From: Mobula hypostoma
Lineage: Eukaryota
NCBI RefSeq assembly: GCF_963921235.1
Contig: NC_086102.1
Span: 20,150,001 to 20,214,000, forward strand
Direction: 5' to 3'
DNA length: 64,000 nt
The notes under the pieces were generated by a model that was not told the origin of the DNA, did not search any database, and saw nothing but the letters and a program-made list of their open reading frames with translations. Below are positions 39,300 to 51,689 of this stretch, piece after piece. Position 1 is the first letter of the stretch. Each line of letters starts with the position of its first letter. The translations under genes were made by a program, and so were the position numbers.

Positions 39300-41370
39300 G
39301 GCAGGTGTACAGTACTTGATTGATGAAGTGGCCAACTGTCTTTGCTCACCTTCACCATCTGGATGGATAGACAAATCAAAGGAGGCCAGGATTCCTCTTT
39401 CTCATCTCCAATTAGACCTTCAACCCAATGCATTAATGAGTCTGGGTTGCCTCCAACCTGATGGCATGTAGATTGATTTCTCCTTCCGATAAAAAAATTC
39501 CCTCTGCCTCCCCCTCTTCTGTTCACCACTCTGGCCTCTTACCTCTTCTCACCTGCTTATCACCTCCCCCTTGGATCTCCTCCTCCTTCCCTTTCTCCTG
39601 TGGTCCACTCTCTTCTCCTATCAGATTCCTTCCTCTCCAGCCCTTTACCTTTCCCACCCACCTGGTTTCACCTATCACTACATCCCGGAGTCCTGAGAGA
39701 AGTTGCTGAAGAGATAAGATCCATTGGTCATGATCTTTCAAGAATCACTTGATTCTGGCATGGTCCTGGAGGACTATAAAATTGCAAATGTCACTCCATT
39801 CTCTAAGAAGGGAGAAAGGTAAAAGTTAGCCTAACCTCAGTGGTTAGAAAGTGTTAAGAGTCTATTATTAAGAATGAGGATTCAGGGTACTTGGAGACTT
39901 ATTATAAAATAAGTCAAAGTCAGGATGGTTTCTGTAAAGGAAAATCTTGCCTGACAAATCTATTAAAGTTCTTCGAGGAAGTAACAAGCAGGGTGGACAA
40001 AGGAGAGACAGTTTATGTCATTTACTTGGATTTTCCAAAAGCATTTGGTAAGGTGCCACTCATGAGGCTGCTTAACAAGATAAAATCCTATGGCGTTACA
40101 GGAAAGATACTGGTATGGATAGTGGAGTGGCAGGAGGAAGCGAGTGGGTATAAAGGGAGCCTTTTCTGGTTGGCTGCCAGTGACTTGTGGTGTTCCTCAG
40201 GGGTCAGTACTGGGACTGCTACTTTTCACATTGCTTGTTAATGATTTCGCTAATGGAATTGATGGCTTTGTGGCAGAGTTTGCGGATGATACACAGATAG
40301 GTGGAGAGGTAGGTAGTACTGAGAAAGCAATGCGATTGCAGCAGGACTTATACAAATTGGAAGGATGGGCATAAAAGTGGCAGATGGAATGAAATGAATG
40401 ATAATGCATTTTGGTGAAAGGAATAACAGTGCAGACTATTATCTAAATGGGGAGAAGGTTCAAACATCAGAGGTGCAGAGGGACTTAGGAGTCCTTGTGC
40501 CGGACACTCAGAAGGTTAGTTTACAGGTTCAGTCTGTGATAAAGAAGGCAACTGCAATGTTGGCATTTATTTCAAGGGGCATAGAATATAAAAGTAAGGA
40601 GAAAATGCTGAGATTTTATAAGACAGTAGTCAGGCCACACTTAAGAACATTGTCAACAGTTTTGGCTCCAAATCTCAGAAAGGGTGTGTTGCCATTGGAG
40701 AGAGTCCATAGGAGGATCACGAGGATGATTCCAGGAATGCAGGGGTTAACATATGAGGAGCGTTTGGCAGCTTTAGGCCTGTACTCACTGGAATTTAGAA
40801 GAATGCGGAGGAATCTCATTGAAACCTACCAAATGTTGAAAGGACAAGGTGGATGTGGAGAGGATACTTCCTTTGGTGGGGCTATCAAGAACTAGTAGGC
40901 ACAGACTCAAATTTGAGGGGCAACCATCTAGAACAGAGGTAAGGAGGAATTTTTTTTTAGTCAGAGAGTAGTAAATCTGTGAAACACTCTGCTACGGACT
41001 GCGGTGGAGGTTGAGTCCATGGGTATACTTAAAGGGAAAGTTGATCGTTTCCTGATCGGTCAGGACATCAAAGGATATAGCGAGAAGGCAGGTGTGTGGG
41101 GTTAAGTGGGATCTGGGATCATCCATGATGGAATGGTGGAGCAGACTCAATGGGCTGAATGGCCTAATTCTGCTCCTATGTCTTATGATTTTAGTTTATC
41201 ACCTTTTAGCTAGCCTCCGTCCCCTCCCCCACCTTTTTATTCTGGCATATTCCCCCCCCCCTTCCTTTCCAGTCCTAAAGAAGGGGCTTGGCCTGAAGTG
41301 TTGACAGTTCATTCATTTCTGAAGATGCTGCCTGACCTGCTGAGTTCTTCCAACATTTTGCATGTGTTAC
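39300..41370 (+). mobile_element. Penelope-like 3' fragment (39300-39680, 41195-41370) split by a CR1 LINE (about 39680-41190)
   Basis: CR1 ORFs 39891-40895 (GVPQG, EFADDT). Pyrimidine-rich PLE sequence resumes after the CR1 tail and ends in the shared GATGCTGCCTGACCTGCTGAGTT motif. Confidence 0.8.
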
Positions 41371-41814
41371 AATGAGCAGAATCATTAGGATTGCAAAGTT
41401 GAACAAAAAGACAGTTTGGAGTGCAGGTAACTTTCATGGATTATCTCTAATTCTACAAGAACTCACACACATTTGGCACAGTAACACCTCCAACTTATTA
41501 AACTTCTCTCACTTTCTGCACTTTAGCAAATTCCATATCAAACACAAACCTGACATGCCTAATTATCTCAAACAAGATGATAAGTTCAACTTCTGGCAAG
41601 TCATTGATAGCTATTAAACAGATAAGCTCAGGTCAATCATTCTCCAACCCAAGTGATGGTCTTATAAACACAGTCTAGTTTTGAATTTGGTACAAACCAC
41701 AGTCTGAGAATGACATGGTTTTTAAAGCACACTGTCATACAGTATAGTACATGTATCTACGGATCCCTTAGTGGAAGTTAAAATGTAACTGTTTTCTAAA
41801 AATGTGGTGTTTTT

Positions 41815-41820
41815 TTTAAT
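41815..41820 (-). terminator. Possible pigp polyadenylation signal (ATTAAA)
   Basis: ATTAAA on the minus strand about 50 nt past the stop. A more distal site is possible. Confidence 0.3.
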
Positions 41821-41871
41821 TCACAGAGTTACAGAATAAATGCCTGTTGATGACAGCATTATCACTTCATC

Positions 41872-42080
41872 TCAGGGGTCTGAAGTTTCACTGGTGTTCT
41901 CAGCAGAAGCATCCATATTCCTTGCAGCACGTGACCGCCATGTAACCGACTTATCGCCAGCTGCCTCACAGGGTGTAGAAAGAAAGAAAATTCGATTCAC
42001 TTCACTGATAGAAACATCTTGTAAACCAGGGATTGCTCCTTCAATGTACGGTTTGCTCTGTTGATTTTTTGCATAACTAT
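41872..42080 (-). CDS. pigp: PIGP last coding exon (DSYAKNQQSKPYIEGAIPGLQDVSISEVNRIFFL...TSETSDP*)
   Basis: Acceptor ctcttttcAG, conserved AIPxLxDxSISEVN motif, TGA at 41874-41872. Total CDS 483 nt = 160 aa. Confidence 0.95.
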
Positions 42081-42764
42081 CTGAAAAGAGAAATGCCTTT
42101 CTTATAACAGATGTTTAGTGTTCATGAAAAGCCACATTACTATAAAAATTGTCAGTTAGAATAAATATTAAACACTGCACAAATTATCCTTCATTGGTAT
42201 GTATGCACTGCAATATCAATAAGTTCTAGCACACAATATTTAACATTCCTAACCTAGAGAAATTAATAATACAGTATTATTCTTGGGCATCACTGAATAG
42301 GCTTGTGCAAAATTTTGATGAATTGCCTCACTGAACAACTGACGATTCAGTCCAGCTGACTGCAAGAAAGTTATGCCAACTCTACTGCTATAGGCTTAAA
42401 AAACTACAGATAAGTATCCAGAAACTGGGCCAAAGATTTCCTTCTAGAAAGGACATTGGTAAATCTGATTACTCTTTCCAAGAATCTGGTACTTTCATGG
42501 TTCCTATTATTGAATATTACCTTTCTTAAAATCCATATTTATTTTGTTAATTAAATGAATCTAAATTCTCCAACTACTGTGGTGAAATTTGATCACTGTC
42601 ACTAGAACAATATCCCAATCTCATGGATTAGTAACCCAAATTATTAGCCTGTCTTAATCACTAAATTTGAATTTTAAATTCGATGAAGTCATCTCTCCTA
42701 CATTAAACTAACTTATAAATTTTAAAAGATTTCCTACTACCTAAACTATAATATATTTCACATC

Positions 42765-43778
42765 ATAAAAAAACCCCATAAAAATTAACCAGAAAAGAAA
42801 GTTGGATGTAAGGGACTAATACACTGAAAGAAAGAGGAAGATAAACCTTTAATCTTAAGAGGAGTTATGAAAATAATCAAGAAAAGGTCCCCACACCTTA
42901 TGGAACTTTATGTCCAAATTAAGAAGTGAATAATGAGTCTTTTCAAAGTCTAAACAGGACATAATGTCTCTAAGCCACTGAGCATGAGAGGGTGGGGCAA
43001 CATCTCTCCACCTAAGAAGAACTAAACGTCTAGCCAAAAGACAATGTTCGCCGTTTAGTCAGACTCAAACGCGTGTCAACTTCACCCAAAATGCCAAAAA
43101 GAGCAATCAAAGGGTTAGGTTCTAAATGGCAATTAAGGATATGGAATAAAGTTAAAAAGACATCTCTCCAAAATTTCTCCAAACTGGGACAAGCCCAACA
43201 CACGTGGATAAGAGAAGCCTCACCCACCATACACTTGTCACAAAAGGGACTAATATCAGAATAGAACCGCGATAATTTGGCTTTGGACATATGGGCCCTA
43301 TGTACAACCTTGAACTGCAAAAGACAGTGGTGAACACATAAAGAGGTTAAGTTAACTGACTTAAGAATTGAATCCCAAACCTTGTCGGACAGAGAAATAT
43401 TTAAATCATGCTCCCAGGCAGTTCTACTTTTATCAAAGGGGGCACGCCTCAAGGTCACTAACTTATCACGAATAGTAGCTATTAGACTGTGAAATATATT
43501 ATATTTTAGGTAGTAGGCAATACACTTTTTTAAAATATTCATAGCTCTGTGGCGACAAAAGCTCTGATTAACTTTCTTTATATCGTAATGGTTCGCTTGG
43601 AATGCGTAGTGGAGGGTGGGGTGGAAACTAAGTTTATATGATTTTATTTTGGGTGCTTTTTCTTTACTGTTATCAATTGTACATCAGACACATTGGTTTT
43701 GCACTGTATAAATCTCCTTTTTGTTGGTGGGTTTTTTTGTTCCAATGTAGAAATTAATAAAAAAATTAATAAAAAAGA
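42765..43778. mobile_element. L1-clade LINE 3' insertion in the last pigp intron, ORF2 end on - and poly(A) 3' end on +
   Basis: LQFKVVHR...CDKC....SLIH..WACP.L..FW zinc-knuckle (43030-43542 -). AATAAA/A-rich tail at 43756-43776 +. Confidence 0.8.
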
Positions 43779-44150
43779 TCTCCTTCAATATTCTTATATT
43801 CACAGTATGAAATTAGGGCTTACAAAAATATGCAAGGAAGTTCTCAATGAACAAAACTGCACTTTGAGCTTTACTTTACACACCTCAACTTTGCATAAAA
43901 TCATCATAACTGGAACCAAAGGCTATGATTTTAAACCAGAAGACTACTTTTCATTCCTAAAACAACACAGACTATTTTGCCAGAAAATCAAATAGACATT
44001 CCATACTATTTTGTTGCAGTAAATCTCTATTGTTTAATTTAAAATACATTAAATTACTCCAAATGTAAGAAAGCAACTAAGTTGTTTAGTGATCACAAAA
44101 TTCCACAATTACCACTCTACCACTTTGCTGGGTTTCACATTCAAACTCAC

Positions 44151-44269
44151 CTGTGATGATATCTACAGAGTCAAGTGGAGGTGTGCTCATCATGTTAACT
44201 CCACAGAGTAAAATATAAGCAATGACTATGACAACAAGAAGATAGATAGGCAAAGCCACTGCCCAGTAC
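44151..44269 (-). CDS. pigp: PIGP coding exon 3 ([40 protein letters not shown])
   Basis: 119-nt exon with TAG/GTGAG boundaries. Contains YWAVALP, a TM helix and NMMSTxPLDS. Confidence 0.96.
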
Positions 44270-45196
44270 CTAAGGAAAATATTAGTATCGTGTTAAATTG
44301 AAACTAAATTCACATTGTGTTACAATGCAAAAAAAACTGCAGAACCTGTTTTTTTAAATAAAATTTTGATACTGGGATTTTGCATATGAATATAAAATTT
44401 TATTTAACTCCTTACACATCACCGGCTTATTCACATTTCTACATACAGGGGTAAAGTTCTTCAATAACGTAAGGTAAAGCAGAAACATTACATAGCAAAC
44501 ATCGCTCCTCTACTTAGATTAGTGAAAAAGTAACTATTCTAGAAGAAATAATCTACATTTATCCAAAGTTACTCTTCACCTCAAGATATCACAGCCACTT
44601 CAGATGGATGCTTGTCAACTGTACATAAATATGTGTGTTTAGTGTACCTGAAGGCATACACTCAACACACCCACACACACTTGATTCAGGGATAGCTTCG
44701 TCCCCTCTGCATTCAGATTTCTGAATGGACAACGAACACATGAACACTGCCTCACTACTTTTTCTCTTTTTGCACTAATTTTATTCAACTTTTTAAACAT
44801 GTACTTCTTACTGTAATTTACAGTTTTCATTATTATGCATTGTAAAGTATTGCTGCCGCATAACAACAAATTTCACATCTGTTGGTGATAATCATTTGTG
44901 GACAAGTTCCCACAAATGACAGTATATGAAAAGGGATTAAGTAATGACACCCTTCAAAATTTGCAAATTTTCTGCTAAGTTTGCAGCACAATGATATAGT
45001 AAATTAACGAGGGTTATTCTCACCTCATCTAACAAATCAGTAAATTAGGCACTTAAAAAAAATTTTTGAAGCAAGCAAACTCTTATCAAAACTGACACCA
45101 TTCCGGTTTCAATACTCAATCAGAATTATACCATAAACTGTATGCATGCAGATTCTATTGAGCGCGGATTACTAATATAAATTCAATGACACTTAC

Positions 45197-45269
45197 TTCT
45201 GTGGCCAATAGGTGAGACCCACAGAGTGCAACCACGATTCTGGAACGTACGCCCATACTAAATACAGAA
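45197..45269 (-). CDS. pigp: PIGP coding exon 2 ([24 protein letters not shown])
   Basis: 73-nt exon with AG/GTAAG boundaries and the conserved GLTYWPQK motif. Confidence 0.96.
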
Positions 45270-46034
45270 CTGTTAAGTGAGTATAATAAAACACTGTTTA
45301 AAAAAAATGAATCACATCAGAAGTCTGTTTCAGCAACCACCCTCATCTAATATCATAAGCAAATTTAATTCTGCCCTGTTAAATGATTTGAATATCCAAG
45401 AATTACTCGTTAATTACATATGCTCCAACACCATCAAGAAATTAGCAAAGTTAATAAGAAAATTACGTGATCCAGATTTAGTTTAGCACCATAATGTGAT
45501 CACAAGCAACTGCAGTTTTGATCCAAGATGCGGATGTTTCACATATGATTACTTTCATTTTGCGAGGGAGGGGGAGTATATACAGGCTGAAATATTATCT
45601 ATGATTTTCTTTCCATTCTTTCTGTGTTCATTAATGCCATGCTGAAGCATTAATGCAAACACTTTTAATTCTTACAATATAAGTGCAGCCCAAATCCAAC
45701 AATAACTCTAAATGCAGCAAAAATAATCATGATTCAATTTCAATTAACATTAATCGAATCATAGCATATTGGCCACTTTGTCAATATGCCAGCTGAAAAC
45801 AGCTATTTAAATAAATTCCATTTTCCATCTTAGACCACAAGTCATGACACCAGTTGTTCATTGGGACCCTTAATAAATATGATGATCTTTTCTACCTCAA
45901 CTACCCTTTCAAACAACATGTTCAAAAATCATACTAATCTGTGTGAGAACATCTTTCCTGAATATACCTCAAACCCTTCTGCCTATTAGATCTATGTTTT
46001 CTAGTAGATGATCACTCTATAATTGGAAATACTT

Positions 46035-46436
46035 CCCCCAACAGAACCAACAGAATCAACAAACTCATTTGTAAGGCCAGTGATGTTGTGCGAATGGAAC
46101 TGGACTCTCTGACGGTGGTGTCTGAAAAGAGGATGCTGTCCAAGTTGCATGCCATCTTGGACAATGTCTCCCATCCACTACATAATGTACTGGGTGGGCA
46201 CAGGAGTACATTCAGCCAGAAACTCATTCCTCCGAGATGCAGCACAGAGCGTCATAGGAAGTCATTCCTGCCTGTGGCTATCAAACTTTACAACTCCTCC
46301 CTTGGAGGGTCAGACACCCTGAGCCAATAGGCCGGTCCTGGACTTAGTTCCTGGCATAATTTACATATTACTATTTAATTATTTATGGTGCAACTGTAAC
46401 GAAAACCAATTTCCCCCGGGATCAATAAAGTATGAG
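46035..46436 (+). mobile_element. Rex1-like LINE 3' fragment in a pigp intron
   Basis: ILDNVSHPLH...PRCSTERHRKSFLPVAIKLYN peptide and GGGATCAATAAAGTA tail. Confidence 0.8.
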
Positions 46437-47811
46437 TACAACTTACTATTTACTTAAATCACTCATACATTTTATGTATTTCAAATTTTTCTCAATCTTC
46501 AGCTTCTTCTATGCTTCAAAAAAAAGCCAATGCAATTATTCCTCATAACCATTCTCAAAGATCTCCTCTGAAATCTCACCAGTAGCATCACACTCTTCTT
46601 ACTTGATGAGTGGATGAAACATTAGAAATGAGAGTACTGGGCTTGTACCCAAGAGGAGGCAATCACTTTCTAAATGGTGAGACATTAGAAAGTAAGGAAC
46701 TTTAAAAAACTGGGTGTCCATATACAATAGAATACAGAAATGTAGAAAGTAATGAAAAGTGAAATGATGGCCTATGGAATGGAGTGCAAGCTGATTAAAA
46801 AATAGTTCCTGTTAGAGCATATCTCAAGTATGGCAACCCGTTGTGGGCACTATACCTTAGGAAGGATATATGTAGATGCTAGAGATTTAATCCTACATAA
46901 AACTCCAAGGATGTCAACAAACAAAGTTAAACAGCAAGTGCCAGGAACACCCAGTAAGGTGGTTTAATGCAGAGAGAAGAAAATATTTAACAAATGAAAA
47001 CATTCATCATTTTGCTTTCAACAGATGCTGATTAGGAACCAACAGTAATAATTACATAAACTAGCGATTATGCAGTAGTATACTGACTGGAAGGCTGTAA
47101 CCTAGAAGATTGTGAAGTAATGAGAACAGAAAGAGTAGACAGATGGAACCAATTTGGGCTGAAAGGACAAAACATCACATTCTAAAAATAATTTCTGAAT
47201 TTGCAGAAATTAGAAATTCGTTCATTTTCAGAGGGTGGTAGAAGCTTGGGATATTTATCCACTAACAGAAAATGATGTTGATTTTTATTAACCAAAGGTA
47301 TGAACTAAACTGGGACAAAAGGGTGGAAGTAGTTAAGTCACACATTGGCAATAATCTCAGTGAAAGGCTAGTCAGCTTACTCCTGACCCGATATCACTGG
47401 AACTGGAATTGGATATTCCTTTATAAAACTGTACAAGGTAGAGTGAATCACCAGTAATCTATGAACTCAATCACTTTATAAAAATGTGTCAGATAACTAC
47501 TGATTTGATGGGTTTCCTTCAAATGAGGAAGAGTAATTGTCAAATGTACCCAACTGGACCTATATGAAAATTCAGGTCCATACTAAATTCTAATCCACTA
47601 TTCACCTTCAATGCTTTGGGCACCATGGTTGAAGGCTGTAAACATCAAAGCTGTGAGCAACAAAAGTCAACTCAACCTGCTACTCCACATTTTATTCAAC
47701 TAATACTTCTGCTCAGGCAGGATTAAATATCCATTGTCAAATATCCTGATCAATTAAAAATTCTCTTCTCAGGATTTGTCTGTTCAAGATAAATTTCTAC
47801 AATATTGATCC

Positions 47812-48575
47812 ACAAGGAGGAGGAGCTTAGGAGAGACAATGGCACCTAACATCAACTCCTTTGCTTGCATCTTCGGAAACAGCTCTATTCTATCTTTAAC
47901 ATCTCTATTTTTCCCTTTCAGGGTTCTTTTGAAGACCCTAACCTAGAGTTACATGCTGACTTCAGATCTTTGTGGGAATGGGACTGGCTCTCGGAGTCTC
48001 ATGTCTGGCCATTATTCAATATGCCAAGGACACGGCCTAGAAGATTAGCTCACTTTTGGAGTTTTGGGATTTCGTGGCTCTGAAGGCGAGTGGACTCGAG
48101 GTCGGCGCCTCTGCAGGAAAGTTGTGTGTCATTGGAGACGGAAGATCTCTGGCTGTGTGCCCAGAGACCCGAGTTCTTCGGGCACAGCTCGAAAAAAGCA
48201 ACACAACAGACTTTTAACATCCTAAATCAGTGAGCTGTTTATGTCTCCCATCTTGCTGTGAAATGGAGACACCTCTTTTTCCCCTTGTTAGGGAGAGAGA
48301 GCCTGTGGAATGTCAAATACCGGGTGAACCAGTAGTCTTCAGGGTACTGCAAGTCTGTGTCCTTATTGATGCTTTGCTGCATGCTTGAGTGCTTGGTGGG
48401 GAGGGGGCGCCGATACTTTTTTTTTGCTGGTGGGTGCTTTGGGGTTCTAACATTTAACTGTCATTCATTGTTTGGGGCACTCTGTTTTTGTGGATGGTTG
48501 CCAAGAAAAAGCATTTCAGGATGTATATTGTATACATTTCTCTGACATTAAATGTACCTTTGAAACCTTTGAAAA
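47812..48575 (+). mobile_element. Probable non-autonomous retroelement in a pigp intron
   Basis: GC-richer block ending in CTCTGACATTAAATGTACCTTTGAAACCTTTGAAA, a tandem tail like the Rex1-type tails in this window. No ORF. Confidence 0.5.
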
Positions 48576-48705
48576 CAAGACAGGCACTGAGGTAGGAAGA
48601 AGCCGTAAAAAATAACCAAGTTGAAACACAATAACTGTTCTTATAATTGGTGAAATACTCCAAATAAATTCATTTATTTTTAATAAATCCTACAAAAGTA
48701 CTTAC

Positions 48706-48787
48706 TGAATGCGAACTTTGAGGCAAGAAACAGCACAAATCCATAAATGGCTCTTTCAGGTAATGGTGAAGGAGAAGTTACCACCAT
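48706..48787 (-). CDS. pigp: PIGP first coding exon ([28 protein letters not shown])
   Basis: [17 protein letters not shown] matches the PIG-P N-terminus. Acceptor ctgttttAG (exon begins 48796), donor GTAAG, phase 1. Confidence 0.96.
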
Positions 48788-50619
48788 TGTACATTTCTAA
48801 AACAGACAGATTAACATTTACCAATGGTACTCAAATGTCCTTTGGAGATCCTGGACTAGCACTTGGCTGAACTTCAGAAGGGCAAATTACAGCCCATGAT
48901 ATATTGACTAATTGCACAATTTAGTCAAATAAAATATCAATGGAATCAATTGCAAAGGGAAAGATCAGCACACTTTGTATATCCCGGCCAAGAGGAGATG
49001 TTTATAAAAACATAGAAAACCTACAGCACAATATAGGCCCCTCAGCCCATGATGTTGTGGTGAAAATATACTTACTTAGAAATTACCTAAGGTTACCCAT
49101 ATTCTATTTTACCCATTCTGGTTACCCATACTCTATTTTTCTAAGCTCCATGTTAATACTATGTTAATACTATTTCCCCATTTGTGAGCCCATAATTCTG
49201 CAAGTCACATCTGCGTGTTTCGGTAATTTTTAAATGAAACCAGGATTCTACCTCTGCTGTATTTTTAAGCAAAGTTCCACATTCTCGGTGAAATGTTTTT
49301 TCTTCAACTTCTTCTAGCAACTAGTTTAACTCCATGCCCCATTGTTAATAAACAGTAAATCCTTCCTCTTTATCCTGTTAAAGGCTCCATCTTAATTTCC
49401 AGAACTGTATTCATAACTCTTGAACATTTCTAAAACCCAGCAACAAATCACACCTAAACCTTAAACAGGTTCCTCTCCTTCAATACTAATGAATTGTTCA
49501 AATTAGCCAGCCTTAATGAGATATTTCAATTATAGTTATTTTAACAACTTGCATATTTAATTCAAACCTAGTCATAGGAATGAAGAGATATTATGGAATC
49601 CACTTCATTTACTTCTGATTAAATGTTGAAACACAGGAGAGAATTTATTCATTAAAATGATGCATATCCCCCCCCCCCCACAGATGGGTTGATGAAAACA
49701 TTGGCTGAAGTAACACCATAAACATCAGCACTAAAGAGATGGCATAGGGGATGGAGAGGAAGCTTGGTATCAATGCCACAAGCGATTGACAATTTCAAAT
49801 AAATGAATTTCAGAGCGCTCACTGTGACAAACCCAACAAAGACTGATGCTCTATTAATAATATGAAATTACACATGACATCATTTTTCCCGACACATTGG
49901 CTGAGCCATAGTTGTTACTGGGCCAACAGCTAGGTATCAATACATTTCCAATATCCAATCAGGTTTCACGTCTACCCATAAATTGTCCAAAAATATTCCA
50001 AGAACTTCACAGGTCAGGCAGCACCTTTGAGGGTCACATTCGTATAACACTGACAGTTTCTATCTCCACTGGTGCTGCCTGAGCCGTTGAGAACTTCCAA
50101 CATTTTCTATTACTCTTTTAGCCTTTTCCTCCAATTTATTCATTTTATTGCGAAAATTCAAACCGTCAAAAAAACGTGTTTTAAATGACTTTATGTAGAC
50201 AGATTACAAACCAATTCCAGCAACTGCAATTTTTTTTTACACACACAACGCTGGAGGAACTCAGCAGGCCAGGCAGCATTCATGGAGAAGATCAACAGTC
50301 GACATTTCGGGTCCAGACCCTTCCTCAGGACTCTGGTGAAGGATCTCGGCCGGAAACGTCGACTGTTTACTCTTTTCCACGGATGCTGCCTGGCCTGCAG
50401 AATTCCTCCAGCATTTTAAGTGTGTTACTTTGATTTCCAGCTGCAGTTTTTCTCGTGTTTGTTATATACAAATGAATCTGAATGTCAGCTCCAGCCTCCC
50501 ATCCCCGGGCTAAACTCAGACAACTTTTATCCTACCAACAAACACACCGGACAAGTACGGTGCAGACCTACCACTTTTAATGCTAAACGATGCACATATC
50601 TGCCGCAACACAATACCCA

Positions 50620-50860
50620 GCCCCTCACCTACATCGACATGGCGGTGACGGCATCCTGGCACAGCACGCATGCGTCAAGCTGCCTCCGACCGGATGACGG
50701 CATTCTGGCACAGCACGCATGCGCCGGACTGCCTGCGCCCCGGTGACGGCATCCTGCCACAGTGCGCATGCGTCCGACCCCGGGGGCCGTGGGGACTGTG
50801 GGATCTGCAGCCAAACGTTGAGTTGTGCATGCTGGTTTAACAGCATGCATGCAGGGACCG
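50620..50860. promoter_or_regulatory. CpG-rich pigp promoter with three tandem 49-bp units carrying NRF1-like CGCATGCG palindromes, TGACG half-CRE sites and a YY1-like ATGGCGG
   Basis: CGCATGCG at 50667, 50716 and 50765 (period 49). TGACGGCA in each unit. High local CpG density. Confidence 0.75.
50629..50700 (-). other. pigp: Probable non-coding first exon of pigp (5' end uncertain)
   Basis: Strong donor TAG|GTGAGG at 50629/50628 at the edge of a CpG-rich island. The coding exon at 48796 has an acceptor and so needs an upstream exon. Confidence 0.65.
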
Positions 50861-51689
50861 CACTTTATATGTGTATTATAGCTATTTAGCTATTACGCAG
50901 TACATATGAGTGGTGTATATTTCTGTGTGATCTCTTCCTTGGTTCAACGATTGGCATGCGCTTTTCTCATGGTTACCATCAGGAAGGATGTACAGAAGGC
51001 GCACACTCAGCGATTCAGGAACAGCTTCTTCCCCTCTGCCATCCGATTCCTAAATGGACATTGAACCCATGAACACCACCTCACTTTTTTATTTCTGTTT
51101 TAGCACATTTAATTTAATTTAACTGTTATATACATATATACTTACTGTAATTCAGTTTTCTTTAAAGTTACCATATATTGCATTGTGCTGCTGCAAAATT
51201 AACAAGTTTCACAACATATGCCGGTTTCGTTAAACCGGATTCAGATTCTGATTCTGATGATTGAAACTTGACAAATTAAAGTGTCTCAATCAGCTATAGT
51301 AAGATGCATCGGTGTGTTATATATTAACGGAAGTGCTGATATTGAGCGTGGCCAGAGAAAAAAGAAAATTGGTGCCTTGGCAGTATACCGTCACATGCAA
51401 TTTTATCCCGTAAAAACGGCTTTCAATTATTTCTGAACTAATTCAACAGAGAAGATGCTGGGGGAACGCTGCTGGTCAGACGGCATCTATGGATGGGAAT
51501 AAACTTTCGATGTTTCGGGTCGAGACCTTTCATCAGGACCTCGGTCCGAAACGGCGACTGTTTATTCGTCTCCACAGATACTCACCGACCTGCCACCACT
51601 TTGTGTGTTGCTCAAGATTTCCCAGTATCTGCAGAATCTCTCGTGTTTGTGAAACGAAGAACTTTTGAGTCATTATACTTGTGCAGTTC

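Noticed and set aside
50643-50780. CRISPR-like repeat-spacer array
   Set aside because: Vertebrate promoter context, only three units, spacers related to each other and no cas genes.
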